Below are positions 18,401 to 24,873 of a DNA stretch of 64,000 nucleotides, one piece after another. Where the stretch lies: the NCBI GenBank assembly GCA_038231135.1, contig JBBRLX010000011.1, positions 48,443 through 112,442 on the forward strand, in the 5' to 3' direction. The notes beneath the pieces are model-generated. The model was not told where the DNA came from. It made no database searches and saw only the letters and a program-made list of their open reading frames with translations. Source of the stretch: Candidatus Eiseniibacteriota bacterium. GTDB lineage: Bacteria > Eisenbacteria > RBG-16-71-46. The first letter of the stretch is position 1; each line of letters begins with the position of its first letter. The position numbers were made by a program, and so were the translations under genes.

Positions 18401-20964
18401 GCCGTGATCGTGAACACCACACTGTCGCCGGCCGCGAGCGGGCCGGGATTCGTGGCGGTGACGATCTGGCCGCTGGTGGTCACCGACCAGCCCGGAGGCG
18501 CGGTCGACGACACGTAGGTGATGCCGGCGGGCAGCGTGTCCTTCACCGTGATCGCGCCGATCGTGGCGCCGATGCTGCTGTTCACGACCGTCAGCGTCCA
18601 GGTGCCGTTGGTGCCGACGCCGAACGCCCCGTAAAGGCTGGTGTGGCGCTTGCGCATCTCGAGATCGGGGACGCCGGTGACGCCGGTCGGGTCGACCGCG
18701 CGGTTGTTGCCGGCGTTCGAATCGTTGCCGCCCGACACCACGGCGCTGTTCGTCACCCCCGGCACGGCGGCCTGGGCCACGGTGACCGTGAGCGTGAACT
18801 TCGTGCTGTCGCCCGGCGCGATCGCCGGTCCGGAGTAGGTGCCGGTGATGATCTGGCCCGCCTGGGTGAAGCTCCAGTTCGTGCCCGCCGCGCTGCTGAA
18901 GTTGATGCCGGCGGGCAGCGTGTCGACCACCGTCACGGCGCCCGAGGACGCGAGCGAGCCCGCGTTCCGCACCAGCAGTGTATACACACCGGGCCCGGCG
19001 CCCGAGAAGTTGCTGGTGTGACGCTTCTGCAGCGCCAGGTCCACGACCCCGTTGACGGCGGTGACGTCGACCGAGCGGTTGTTCGCGGCACTGGTGTCGT
19101 TCGGCGTCGACACCACGGCGGCGTTGGTCGTGCCGGGAACAGCAGGCGGCGACACGCTGACGGTGAGCGTGATGACGGCGCTGTCGCCGATCGCGATCGC
19201 CGCGGGATAGGTCGCGGTCACGATCGACCCGGCGGCGCTGAAGCTCCAGCCGGCGCCCGCGCCCGACACGTAGCTGAGCCCCGAGGGCAGCGTGTCGACC
19301 ACCGTGGTGGTGCCGGTGGTCGGGAAGCCGCCGACGTTGCGCACCGTAATGCGATAGACGCCGTTCACGCCATCGGTGAACGTGGCGGCGTGGGTCTTCC
19401 GCACCGTCAGGTCGATCGGGATGATCACGCTGGTCGGGTTGCCCGACACGTTGTTCCCGGGGTTCGCGTCACCGTCGCCGATCACCACCGCGCGGTTCGT
19501 GACGGTCGGCGCGGCGGCTACTCCGACCGCGACCGTCAGCGTGAACGACGCCGACTGTCCCGCGGCGAGCAGCGGCGAGTAGGTGGCGGTCACGATCTGC
19601 CCGGTGGCCGAGAAGCTCCAGCCCGCGCCCGCGCCCGACACGAACGACAGGCCGGCGGGCAGCGTGTCGAGCACGGCGACGGCGGCCAGCGTCGAGTCCG
19701 TCCCCACGTTCGAGATCTGGATCGTGTAGCTGCCGTTCTGGCCGGCGGTGAAGTTGCCGGCGTGGGTCTTGGTGACCGACAGGTCGGGGCTGCCGAACGT
19801 GAGCCCGCACCCTGCGGGTCGCGTCGGCGGCACGAACACCGCGTTCAGGAACATGCGGCGGCCGTTGACCAGATCGATCGTCTGGCCGGTGCCGTAGTCG
19901 TGACCGCCGAGATAGAACAACAGGCCGCCCTGGCCGCCGAAGTGCTTGCTGCTGGATGCCATATAGGTGGTGGTGGCGCCCACGTTGTTCACCACCGGGA
20001 ACATTCCCGGGAGCAGCGCCGACTTCTTGGCCAGATTGAAGTCCTCGACGGCGCCGCCGGGGGCCGGAGCGACGATGCCCTCGAACTGGCTGTACGGCAG
20101 GTCGGGCTCCGGATACGCGAGATCGTTGCCGATATTGTTCGCGTCGTAGCCCTTCGTGGTCTGGAAATGCCCGGCGGCGTCGTTCTCGTAGGTGGTGATG
20201 CCGAGGCACTCGACGAGCACGTTGCCGCCGCTCTGCAGGAACGCACGGACGTTGGGCACGGCGCTGGCGTCCGAGGTGTGGTGCTCGCTCGCCATCGTCA
20301 CGCACGTCGCCGCGGACAGCACGGTCAGCGCCTGCACCGAGTAGTCGTTCGGCGGTATGCCGGCATCGTCGAGGTACGAGACCTGCACGGCGGAATAGGC
20401 CGGGCTGATGACCAGCAGCGGCTTGAACGTGAGGTCGTGCCGGATGTCCACCGCGGCGGACGCCGTCAACTCGAATACCGCGACGTTGTTGCCGTAGGCC
20501 GCGATCCGCTGCTTGGCGATCGCCGCATACGCGACCGGCACGATGAACGGCCCGGCGCGGAACGACACCGAGGCCGGTCCGATCACCGTCGGCGCGATGC
20601 GCTGCGCGGTGGCCGTGAAGTCGACGTCGTCCTTCGCCTTGCCCGCGCGAATCGCCCAGCGCACCGGGATCCGGTGCTGCAGCAGGTCGTTGACGAGGCC
20701 GTAGGCGCGGAGATTGAACGGCGCGACGACCGACTGGTTGGTGTTGTCCATCGGGATCACCAGCGATCCCGCCGCCAGCGTCTGCACATTCGACGGCGGA
20801 TTGGGCGTGTCCTGAGCGCGCGCCGCGAGCGGGAGTACCGCGAGTGCGAACACCGCGATCACGCCGGCGCAAGCACTCCGTGCCCCGTGGACAAGACGCG
20901 CGCGAGCCGGCCGCGGTGCCGCAACAACCCCTGTCCGGTCGACCGTAGCTGCTCCTCGGTGCAT
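6427..20964 (-). CDS. Giant surface protein: GATase-like N-domain, 28 DUF11 Ig-like repeats, SdrD-B-like domain, putative C-terminal outer-membrane beta-barrel
   Basis: 4845-aa ORF. Signal-like VIAVFALAVLPLAARA-Q; repeats DLxxxKxH...Y/WTxxVxNxG...DTLPxG...VxNxA; EPGIPGVRVYLEDG...TDVEGKYSF; amphipathic strand-rich C-terminus ending GPYLNLGFKVD. The exact start is uncertain. Confidence 0.9.
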   Translation of the reverse strand: MHRGAATVDRTGVVAAPRPARARLVHGARSACAGVIAVFALAVLPLAARAQDTPNPPSNVQTLAAGSLVIPMDNTNQSVVAPFNLRAYGLVNDLLQHRIPVRWAIRAGKAKDDVDFTATAQRIAPTVIGPASVSFRAGPFIVPVAYAAIAKQRIAAYGNNVAVFELTASAAVDIRHDLTFKPLLVISPAYSAVQVSYLDDAGIPPNDYSVQALTVLSAATCVTMASEHHTSDASAVPNVRAFLQSGGNVLVECLGITTYENDAAGHFQTTKGYDANNIGNDLAYPEPDLPYSQFEGIVAPAPGGAVEDFNLAKKSALLPGMFPVVNNVGATTTYMASSSKHFGGQGGLLFYLGGHDYGTGQTIDLVNGRRMFLNAVFVPPTRPAGCGLTFGSPDLSVTKTHAGNFTAGQNGSYTIQISNVGTDSTLAAVAVLDTLPAGLSFVSGAGAGWSFSATGQIVTATYSPLLAAGQSASFTLTVAVGVAAAPTVTNRAVVIGDGDANPGNNVSGNPTSVIIPIDLTVRKTHAATFTDGVNGVYRITVRNVGGFPTTGTTTVVDTLPSGLSYVSGAGAGWSFSAAGSIVTATYPAAIAIGDSAVITLTVSVSPPAVPGTTNAAVVSTPNDTSAANNRSVDVTAVNGVVDLALQKRHTSNFSGAGPGVYTLLVRNAGSLASSGAVTVVDTLPAGINFSSAAGTNWSFTQAGQIITGTYSGPAIAPGDSTKFTLTVTVAQAAVPGVTNSAVVSGGNDSNAGNNRAVDPTGVTGVPDLEMRKRHTSLYGAFGVGTNGTWTLTVVNSSIGATIGAITVKDTLPAGITYVSSTAPPGWSVTTSGQIVTATNPGPLAAGDSVVFTITAAVGPAAMPGVVNTAAVTTPADLFAANDRAVDPTPVASIPELQLVKRHGATFVAGQDAAYTLSVTNVSPGPTSGAITVRDTLPLGLTYVAGAGAGWSFARVGQVVTATNPGPIVAGDSSRFTLTVHVGQSAVASISNSATVSTPLDFVPANDRSTDVAAVTFADLQAHKHHAGSFTDGQNGVYTIVVQNVGTAATFGAITVKDTLPLGLTYVAGAGPGWSFATSGQIVTATNPGPIAAGDSALFTLTVATTPAAVPGVTNFVTVSTPGDSVAAGDRGSDVTTVAGIVDLAIQKRHTAAFTDRGIGVYTLVVRNLGSAATTGAVTVLDSIPAGLSYVSAAGAGWSFAISGPELTATWSTPIAAGDSAKFTLTVAVGAGAVPGVTNIANVAATGDINPANDDASDLTAVTGVVDVALVKRHASTFTVATPGQYLFSLTNTGSIPTTGTLSVVDTLPSGLTYASGSGAGWGFAVSGQIVTMTHPSPIAPGDSLLFNLTVNVAAPAIPSASNSAVASAAGDVNAANNRSVDVVPVSAQPVPDLALTKTHAVAFQDGSPGTWTLSVRNLGTAASGVITVRDTLPAGIAYVTAAGSGWTFTNAGQIVTATHVAPLAIGDSLQFTIGVTAAAAAVPQVTNVAWASTPLDPNVSNDYGSDITAVNGSPDLTLAKRHSGTFRDRREENWTLTVTNAGSGATTGLITVTDSLPPGTTFSSLNGAGWSFSLAGKVVTATNPGPLVPGDSLGFILSVVVDSSAVPRVVNHAHVVTPGDIGSGNNGAVDSTAVSGVVDLAIQKRHTAAFTDGQNGSYTIVVRNTGSAATIGTITVLDTLPAGLGYVSGAGAGWSFANAGGIVTATHPGPIAPGDSLKLSLTVTAGPAAVPAVTNRATVSTPGEVDPSNNIASDPTSVAGIVNLTLDKRHTTPFVVGQAGVYTFVIRNTGSAATTGAVAVVDTLPAGLSFVSGAGAGFGFGAAGAIVTATSAGPIAAGDSASFTLTVNIAPAAFPSVSNSAVVTTPGDVNAADNRDVDPTAITGVPDLTLDKRHTANFVHGQTGTWTLVVRNLGTGATAATTTVVDTLPSGISYVSAAGAGWSFVPNGQVVTATFAGAIAAGDSSKFTISASVGAAAVPGVVNSAMVSTPGDLDSGNDRDTDPTTVLGVPDVVLDKRHTANFIHGQTGTWTLVVRNLGTAATAATTTVVDTLPLGITYVSAAGAGWSFVPNGQVVTATFAGAIAAGDSSRFTITALAGAAAVPGVTNTAHATTPGELDATNGSDSDVTPVAGTPDVTLDKRHTANFIHGQTGTWTLAVRNIGSGPTAGATTVVDTLPLGITYGSAAGAGWSFVLNGQVVTATFAVPIAAGDSSTFTILAAAGAAAVPGVINSAAASTPGDLDSGNDRDTDPTTVLGVPDVYLDKRHTANFVHGQNGTWTFVVTNRGTAATAGATTVVDSLPPGISYVSAAGAGWSFVQNGTVVTATFAGPIAVQDSSSFTLTALAGAAAVPSVINLAHATTPGELDPRDGYDSDFTPVAGTPDVALAKRHTASFVHGQPGTWTLVVTNTGTAATSGATTVVDSLPAGITYVSAAGAGWSFVPNGQVVTATFAGPIAAQDSASFTLTALAGAAAVPGVVNTAVVSTPGDLGSGNNGATDSTTVGSVPDLTLDKRHTALFVHGQNGTWTIVVHNAGTGATTGPATVTDVLPAGVTFVSGAGAGWAVGAAGQTVTAGFAAPIAAGDSASFTITVAVGAAAVPGVTNSASVATPGDLDPANNGDSDVTPVAGVSDLMLEKRHTTTFEVGLPGTYTLVIHNIGTSVTAATVTVVDTLPAGLAFASGAGAGWSFSASGQIVTATLAGTIAAGDSSNFTITVNVAFPAFPGVTNSAVVQIPGDLDGSNDRGVDPTPVRNVPDLTLDKRHTTVFQQGQNATYALIVQNVTHGPSVGAVTVTDTLPAGLTFVAASGTGWSFAVAGNVVTGTYAAAIPAYDSTSFTITVAVGAAAVPLVTNAATLTGGSDTDPADNRDQDLAPVTGLPDLVLDKRHTAPFVVGQTGTWTLAIVNAGTGATTGPVAVVDTLPAGVTFVSAAGAGWGFGTAGSVLTATHAGLIAAGDSAKFTVTASVAAAAFPGVVNTAHASTAGDTDPASDTDTDSTAVTGVADLTIDKRHSADFADRQPGKWTLVVTNLGTGASAGTITVVDSLPLGITFVSGLGAGWNFSASGQVVTATNPGPIAAGDSSKFTLHVTADAAAVPGVVNTARLVGANDLDPSNDQDSDSTAVNGVIDLALDKRHTGPFTDSGTGTWTLVATNVGSLASINVITVTDTLPPGTSYLSGAGANWSFGINGNVVTATYPLPIAPGDSARFDLTVNLSAAAVPAVLNSATVQATNDVEPSNNRDSDVALVGGVPELALDKRHAAPFTIGQPGSYTFAVANLGTAATFAATTVTDTLPVGLTFASGNGAGWTFAVAAGVVTATHAAPIAAADSATFTMVTAVAPAAVPLAINAATVRTAGDPNPADDRDVDPTVVLGLPDLVLDKRHTTAFADGQNGTWTFVVTNAGFAATSGAITVVDSLPTGITYVGGAGAGFSFATNGQVVTATNPGPLAVGDSVTFTLTAHAGPASVPGVINTASVATPNEWNAANNGDADPTAIGGIPDLALRKSHALAFTIGSNGTYSLVVRNHGTAATFGTITVLDTLPAGLTYVGALGAGWNFSVLGAVVTATHPGPLGNAPTDSLAFTLTVAVGAAALPAVTNSAVAITAGESNPLDDVSHDPTLVNGLPDLALDKRHEGGFSVGSTGTYRFVLRNLGTAATTGATTVRDSLPAGLTFVSGDVTGGWSFANIGNVVTATFGGTIAAGDSSQFTIVVAIGPLAVPTVTNSAVAATPGDPDGGNDRDSDLVGVAGLGVLTVSKTAQPARVEIGGVVDYAVTVRNVGAGPLTGTTVSDRLPQGLHYQGGTARVNGLPVADPVGAPGPTLAFALGTLTAGSTDVVTYRVLVGAGAELGTGVNLAQASGSGGAGIVATSNTAAARIEVQGGVFDDEGIIAGKIYTECDCDSNRVQGPEEPGIPGVRVYLEDGSFAITDVEGKYSFNHVRPRLHVVRIDASTLPLGSRMIASSVRHAHDGLSQFADVVKGELHRADFVEASHSDAVHNAVLARRARGELRDPADPGLGHGGAATADRPRGRSLLVLGVIDAGIALHSTSGTSVYGGRDGFGDPITALSYESTDGRQTGTARGALFATGSLGGDAQFTLRYDSEQRPGRRLFRDLDPDRGYDALGDASVHGWEAQSTTPLYLRIDRGASFGMYGDFTTPSSPGRLLGAFTRSLNGGIAQAVAGPLAVQGFAAEGRQHQVVDEFPGQGVSGPYVLTRNDGTLGSETVELLTRDRNQPARILHSEPQLRYVDYTLEPFTGRLLFRRPVPSLDADLNPVSIRATYEVETGTDKFWVYGAEARVRATRRLSVGASASRDEDPLAPRALASADASFELATGLQLTGEFARSDSGGTGIGGGDRSGEAARAELVLDRSWLHARAHGLRVSTGFENPSSGAYPGRQELGLTARAGSDRSTSVFLTALRSEDLVTSARRDGFEAGLRQGIADRITAEVAYRWAKEDSLGATPATQGLGPLKTSSVRGRLEAALLARRRVTVFGEFEQDLDQTLQRRYAFGGDARVIPHIRLYARHENIASFAGPFALNTDQQLASTVIGVTDDDAGDRHVFSEYRMRDAFAGREAQAAIGLRDRWTVARGIRVDAAFERVTILRGGLGAATSVAGGVEYARDPSTHATGRLEFRRESTLERWLASAGFTRKLNRDWSALGRTLWMLVPDQQSIDARSQIGVAWRQTDRNAWNGLARYENKLQKLGAPEYSRRVANIVSMNANTHQFGIWTVSGQVAAKWAHDDGNGLGSSTAAQLGAGRLMVDLGRSFDLGLNARGLASGSRTMGLGAEAGWIMMKNLRLAAGWNAFGFHDNDLSGTEHTDRGPYLNLGFKVDETLFDRTPPQGAR
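9330..19795 (-). repeat. Array of 28 DUF11-type repeats, about 124 aa (372 bp) each
   Basis: I counted 27 K(R/T/H/S)H-type units plus one divergent LTVSKTA unit. Boundaries are approximate. Units at about 13440-15310 are nearly identical in DNA with a 372-bp period. Confidence 0.85.
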
Positions 20965-21055
20965 CGCGCGTCGCTTCGGGAGGGGCAGTCGAGCGCGAAT
21001 GGCGGTATCGGGAAACTACCTGGCGCGGTAGAACAACATGGACATGCAAGGGAAT

Positions 21056-21084
21056 TCATCGGCGTTTCAGGGTAGGAACTTTAG
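21056..21084 (-). promoter_or_regulatory. Sigma28 (FliA/SigD/WhiG)-like promoter upstream of the giant gene
   Basis: Minus strand reads CTAAAGTTC...GCCGATGA, i.e. TAAA-N16-GCCGATGA. Confidence 0.5.
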
Positions 21085-21301
21085 TGACGCTGACGTTCCC
21101 GGCGCCGATTCGGGTGGCCTTCTGAGGAGATGTGGCCAATGGGGGAATCCACCCGGCGGGAACACGGGCACCGTACACCCGGCTCGGGCGTTTGGGCAGT
21201 CGCCGGCTCGGGAGGCCGGCACGGGGCGGCACAGGGACGATCTCCCGATTCAGCGCTCCAGCGTGGTGACCGCGCCCGTCATGGGGCGGAGCCTTCGGGG
21301 T

Positions 21302-21940
21302 TCAGCGCGAGCGCTTCGCCAGCACGTCGCGGACCTCGTCCAGTCCCACACCCATGGCGCGCAGCGCAACCAGCGCGTGGTACAGCAGGTCCGCGGTTTC
21401 CTCGACGGCGCGATCCTTATCCCCGTCGGCACAGGCCGCCACCAGTTCGGCGGCTTCCTCGCCCAGCTTCTTGAAACGCTTGTTGCGATCCTGGAGCAGT
21501 TCCCGCGTGTAGCTAGGCTTGGGGTCGACCTCGGGCTTGGCGGTGGCGCGGCGGGCGATCACGGCGTCGAGCGCCGCGAGCGAGTCCGGTCCCAGCGCCG
21601 GGGCGCCGAAGCACGACATTTCGTTCGTGTGGCAGGCCGGCCCCGCCGGGATCACCCGCGCGAGCACGGTGTCGGCGTCGCAATCGGGGGTCAGCGAGAG
21701 CACCTGCTGGACATTGCCGCTGGTGGCGCCTTTGTGCCACAGGCCGCGCTTGCGCGAGCGGTAGTGCATCTGGCGGGTCGCGATGCTGCGCTCCAGTGCC
21801 TCGCGGTCGGCATGCGCCACCATCAGCACCACGCCGGTGCGGGCGTCCTGGGTTACGACGGCCACGACGCCGCCGCGCTTGGCGAAGTCGAGCATGTCGA
21901 GATCGATCATCGGCAGTGCAGCTCCTGGTCGAGGGGTCAT
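21302..21940 (-). CDS. hisIE: Bifunctional phosphoribosyl-AMP cyclohydrolase / phosphoribosyl-ATP pyrophosphatase
   Basis: YRSRKRGLWHKGATSGN, DCDAD, ACHT...SCF, SYT, KKLGEEAAE, EETADLLYH. ATGA overlap with hisN. Confidence 0.95.
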   Translation of the reverse strand: MTPRPGAALPMIDLDMLDFAKRGGVVAVVTQDARTGVVLMVAHADREALERSIATRQMHYRSRKRGLWHKGATSGNVQQVLSLTPDCDADTVLARVIPAGPACHTNEMSCFGAPALGPDSLAALDAVIARRATAKPEVDPKPSYTRELLQDRNKRFKKLGEEAAELVAACADGDKDRAVEETADLLYHALVALRAMGVGLDEVRDVLAKRSR

Positions 21941-22770
21941 GGCGATGGATTCTCCGCGCGCGCCACATCGTGCACGAGGATGTCGCGAACCACGTTGGCG
22001 AGCGCGCTGTTGGTGGCGATCACATCGCCGCCGAACGGCGTGGGGTTGGCGGCCCAGTCGGTGAGCACGCCCCCCGCCTCTTCTATGATCGGCAGGATCG
22101 CCGCCGCGTCCCATGCGGAAACGACATCGTCCACCATGACATCGGCGCGGCCGGTGGCGACCAGCAGGTACCCGTAGCAGTCGCCCCACGTGCGGGCGAC
22201 CCGGCACTGCCGCGAGAGCGCATCCCAGGCGTCGCGGCGGGCGCGGCGCTCGGGGAACCGCACGTCGGTCGCGAGCACCGTGGCGGCCGCGAGGTCGCGC
22301 GTCTGTGACACCGCGCACGGCTGCTCGTTCCACCAGCAGCCGCAGGCCCGGCCCGCGGTCACGATCTCGCGGATCGCGGGGAAGAACGCGGCGCCGGCGA
22401 GCACCGCGTCGCCCTCCGCCACCGCCACCAGCGTGCCCCACAGCGGGACGCCGCGGATGAACGACAGCGTGCCGTCGATGGGGTCGAGGATCCACCGGCG
22501 CGTCGCTTCGGGGCGCACGAGGCCGAATTCCTCGCCGAGGATGCCGTCGTCCGGAAACCGCCGCTCGATCCACTCGCGCGCGAGTTGCTCGGCGGCGCGG
22601 TCCGCAATCGTGACCGGGCTGCCGTCGTGCTTGGCCTCCACCTCGAGCTGCCGGCCGAACGATTCCAGCGCGCGGGCGCCCGCGAGCCGCGCCACCTCGG
22701 CGGCGGCCTGCATCAGGCTCGGGGCGTCGCCGGCGCCCTGGCTGCCGTGGGGTTCAGTGCTGCCGGTCAT
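21937..22770 (-). CDS. hisN: Histidinol-phosphatase, inositol monophosphatase family
   Basis: SPVTIADR, GEE, WILDPIDGT, WGDCYGY and WDAAA motifs; located inside the his operon. Confidence 0.9.
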   Translation of the reverse strand: MTGSTEPHGSQGAGDAPSLMQAAAEVARLAGARALESFGRQLEVEAKHDGSPVTIADRAAEQLAREWIERRFPDDGILGEEFGLVRPEATRRWILDPIDGTLSFIRGVPLWGTLVAVAEGDAVLAGAAFFPAIREIVTAGRACGCWWNEQPCAVSQTRDLAAATVLATDVRFPERRARRDAWDALSRQCRVARTWGDCYGYLLVATGRADVMVDDVVSAWDAAAILPIIEEAGGVLTDWAANPTPFGGDVIATNSALANVVRDILVHDVARAENPSP

Positions 22771-23606
22771 GCCGTCCTCCGCACGAAGATGCCGTCCGCC
22801 GCAAGCCGTTGCTTGATCGCTTCGATGGTGACGAGCCCGTCGTGCAGGATGCCGGCCACGAGCACGGCGTCGGCGCCACCCACACGGATCGCGTCGACCA
22901 GGTCCTCGGCGCGGCCCGCGCCGCCCGACGCGATCACCGGCACGTGCACCGCGTCCGACACCGCGCGCGTCAACTCGAGATCATAACCGGTGCGCGCGCC
23001 GTCGCGGTCGATGCTGGTGAGCAGGATCTCGCCGGCGCCGCGCCGCACGCACTCGCGCGCCCACGCGATGGCGTCGAGCCCGGTGCGGGTGCGGCCGCCG
23101 TGCGTGACGACTTCGTAGCCGCCGGGAGTCGGCGGTGTCGCGACGGTCGCCACCGGTGTCGCGGCCGTGGGGCCGCGCGGGTCGTCGGCGGTCGCGCCCG
23201 CCACCGCACGCAGCGCATCGATGCTCGCGACCACGCACTGCGAGCCGAAGCGCGCCGCGCAGTCCGCGAGCAGCTCCGGCCGCCGCACGATCGCCGAGTT
23301 GACGCTGATCTTGTCGGCGCCGGCGCGCAGCGCGGCCGCCGCGTCGTCGGCGCTGCGGATCCCGCCGCCGATCGTGAGCGGAATGAACAGCCGTTCCGCG
23401 GTGCGGCGCGCCACTTCGAGCAGCGATGCGCGCTCGTCCGGCGTGGCCGAGATGTCGAGAAACACGATCTCGTCGGCGCCCTGGCGCTCGTAGCGCAGCG
23501 CCAGCTCGCACGGATCGCCGACGTCGCGCAGCTCAACGAATTGACGCCCTTTGACCACCCGGTTGCCGCGCACGTCGAGGCAGGCGATCACGCGATGCGT
23601 CAGCAT
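22767..23606 (-). CDS. hisF: Imidazole glycerol phosphate synthase, cyclase subunit
   Basis: [44 protein letters not shown]. Carries an Ala/Pro/Thr-rich insert. Confidence 0.96.
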   Translation of the reverse strand: MLTHRVIACLDVRGNRVVKGRQFVELRDVGDPCELALRYERQGADEIVFLDISATPDERASLLEVARRTAERLFIPLTIGGGIRSADDAAAALRAGADKISVNSAIVRRPELLADCAARFGSQCVVASIDALRAVAGATADDPRGPTAATPVATVATPPTPGGYEVVTHGGRTRTGLDAIAWARECVRRGAGEILLTSIDRDGARTGYDLELTRAVSDAVHVPVIASGGAGRAEDLVDAIRVGGADAVLVAGILHDGLVTIEAIKQRLAADGIFVRRTA

Positions 23607-24151
23607 CCGGCGCCGCCGCGTTCCCGGGTCTCGACCGGGCCCTTGGTGCTGAACACCAGGGCGCCCGGCGTGAGCGCGTCGCGCAACGCGAAGCCCAGCG
23701 CCTTGAACGCGGCCTCCACGATGTGATGGCGGTCGGCGCCGCGCAGCACGCGCACGTGCAGCGTGGCCGCGGCGTTGAGCGCGAACGACTGCATCCAGTG
23801 CTCGTAGTAGCCGCTCGGCAGCGGGCCGCGATACCAGGCGCGTCCGCCGAGATCGAGGCTCACGTGCACCAGCGCGTCGTCCATCGGCACGCAGCGATCG
23901 CCGTAGCGCACGATCGGCACGGCGGCGGCCGCGCGCACCGCCTGCCCGAACGCGATGGCGACGTCCTCGACGAGGTGATGCCGCAGGTCGCCGGTGGCCT
24001 CGACCGTGAGCGTGAGACCGCCGTAGCGCGCGAGCGTCTCGAGCATGTGGTCGAGGAACCGCGTGCCGGTCGCGATGCGGACCGCCCCGGGACTCGGGTC
24101 CAGCGCGAGGCGGATATCGGTTTCGCGGGTGTGACGGGTGATCTCGATCAT
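23600..24151 (-). CDS. hisB: Imidazoleglycerol-phosphate dehydratase (monofunctional)
   Basis: RHTRETDI, FLDHML, HHLVED, PMDDAL, HHIVEAAFKA, STKG. Confidence 0.95.
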   Translation of the reverse strand: MIEITRHTRETDIRLALDPSPGAVRIATGTRFLDHMLETLARYGGLTLTVEATGDLRHHLVEDVAIAFGQAVRAAAAVPIVRYGDRCVPMDDALVHVSLDLGGRAWYRGPLPSGYYEHWMQSFALNAAATLHVRVLRGADRHHIVEAAFKALGFALRDALTPGALVFSTKGPVETRERGGAGC

Positions 24152-24873
24152 GACGGCTCCCCGGTGGCGAACCCGGCCGCGACCGCGGCGGGGTCGAGTG
24201 CTCCCGTATAGAATGCCATGCCGACGATCGCGGCGTCTGCGCCCGCGTCCGCGAGCGCCGCGAGGTCGCCGGGCGACGCGATGCCGCCGGCGATCTGCAC
24301 CGGCAGCGTGGTGCTTGCCACCACCCGGCGCGTGAGTTCGAGATCGATGCCCTCGAGCCGGCCCTCGCGGTGCACCGCGGTCACGAGCACCCCGGCGAGC
24401 GGCAGGCTCGACAGCGCCGCGACGAGTTCGCACACGCCGAGTTCGAGGGTGTGCGTCCAGCCGCGCGTCACCACGCGGTCTTCGCGCGCGTCCGCCGCGA
24501 CGATCAGCGTGCCCGGATGCGCGTGCGCCATGGTCTCGAGCCACGGCCGGTCCTCGATCGCGCGGGTGCCCACGATCACGCGCCGCACGCCGGCGCCCAG
24601 CAACCGCGTGATCGCCGCCGCGTCGCGCACACCGCCGCCGGCCTGGACGACGACGCCTGGCGCCGCCGTGAGGCTCGCGACGATCGCGGCGTTCGAGCCC
24701 ACGCCGAGCGCCGCGTCGAGGTCGACCACGTGCAGTTCCCGGAAGCCCAGCGTCCGGAACCGCGTCGCGACGGCGAGCGGATCGTCGAGCCGCACACGCT
24801 CGGCGGCGTAGGAGCCGCCCACCAGCTGGACGCACGCGCCCTCGCGCAGGTCGACCGCGGGGATCACCCTCAT
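24148..24873 (-). CDS. hisA: ProFAR isomerase
   Basis: MRVIPAVDLREGACVQLVGG, LHVVDLDAA, QAGGGVR. ATGA overlap with hisH. Confidence 0.95.
   Translation of the reverse strand: MRVIPAVDLREGACVQLVGGSYAAERVRLDDPLAVATRFRTLGFRELHVVDLDAALGVGSNAAIVASLTAAPGVVVQAGGGVRDAAAITRLLGAGVRRVIVGTRAIEDRPWLETMAHAHPGTLIVAADAREDRVVTRGWTHTLELGVCELVAALSSLPLAGVLVTAVHREGRLEGIDLELTRRVVASTTLPVQIAGGIASPGDLAALADAGADAAIVGMAFYTGALDPAAVAAGFATGEPS

Noticed and set aside
6439..21075. Very long + strand ORFs (2912, 591 and 1185 aa) opposite the giant gene
   Set aside because: Antisense shadow frames caused by high GC3 codon bias; Arg/Gly/His-rich translations with no motifs.
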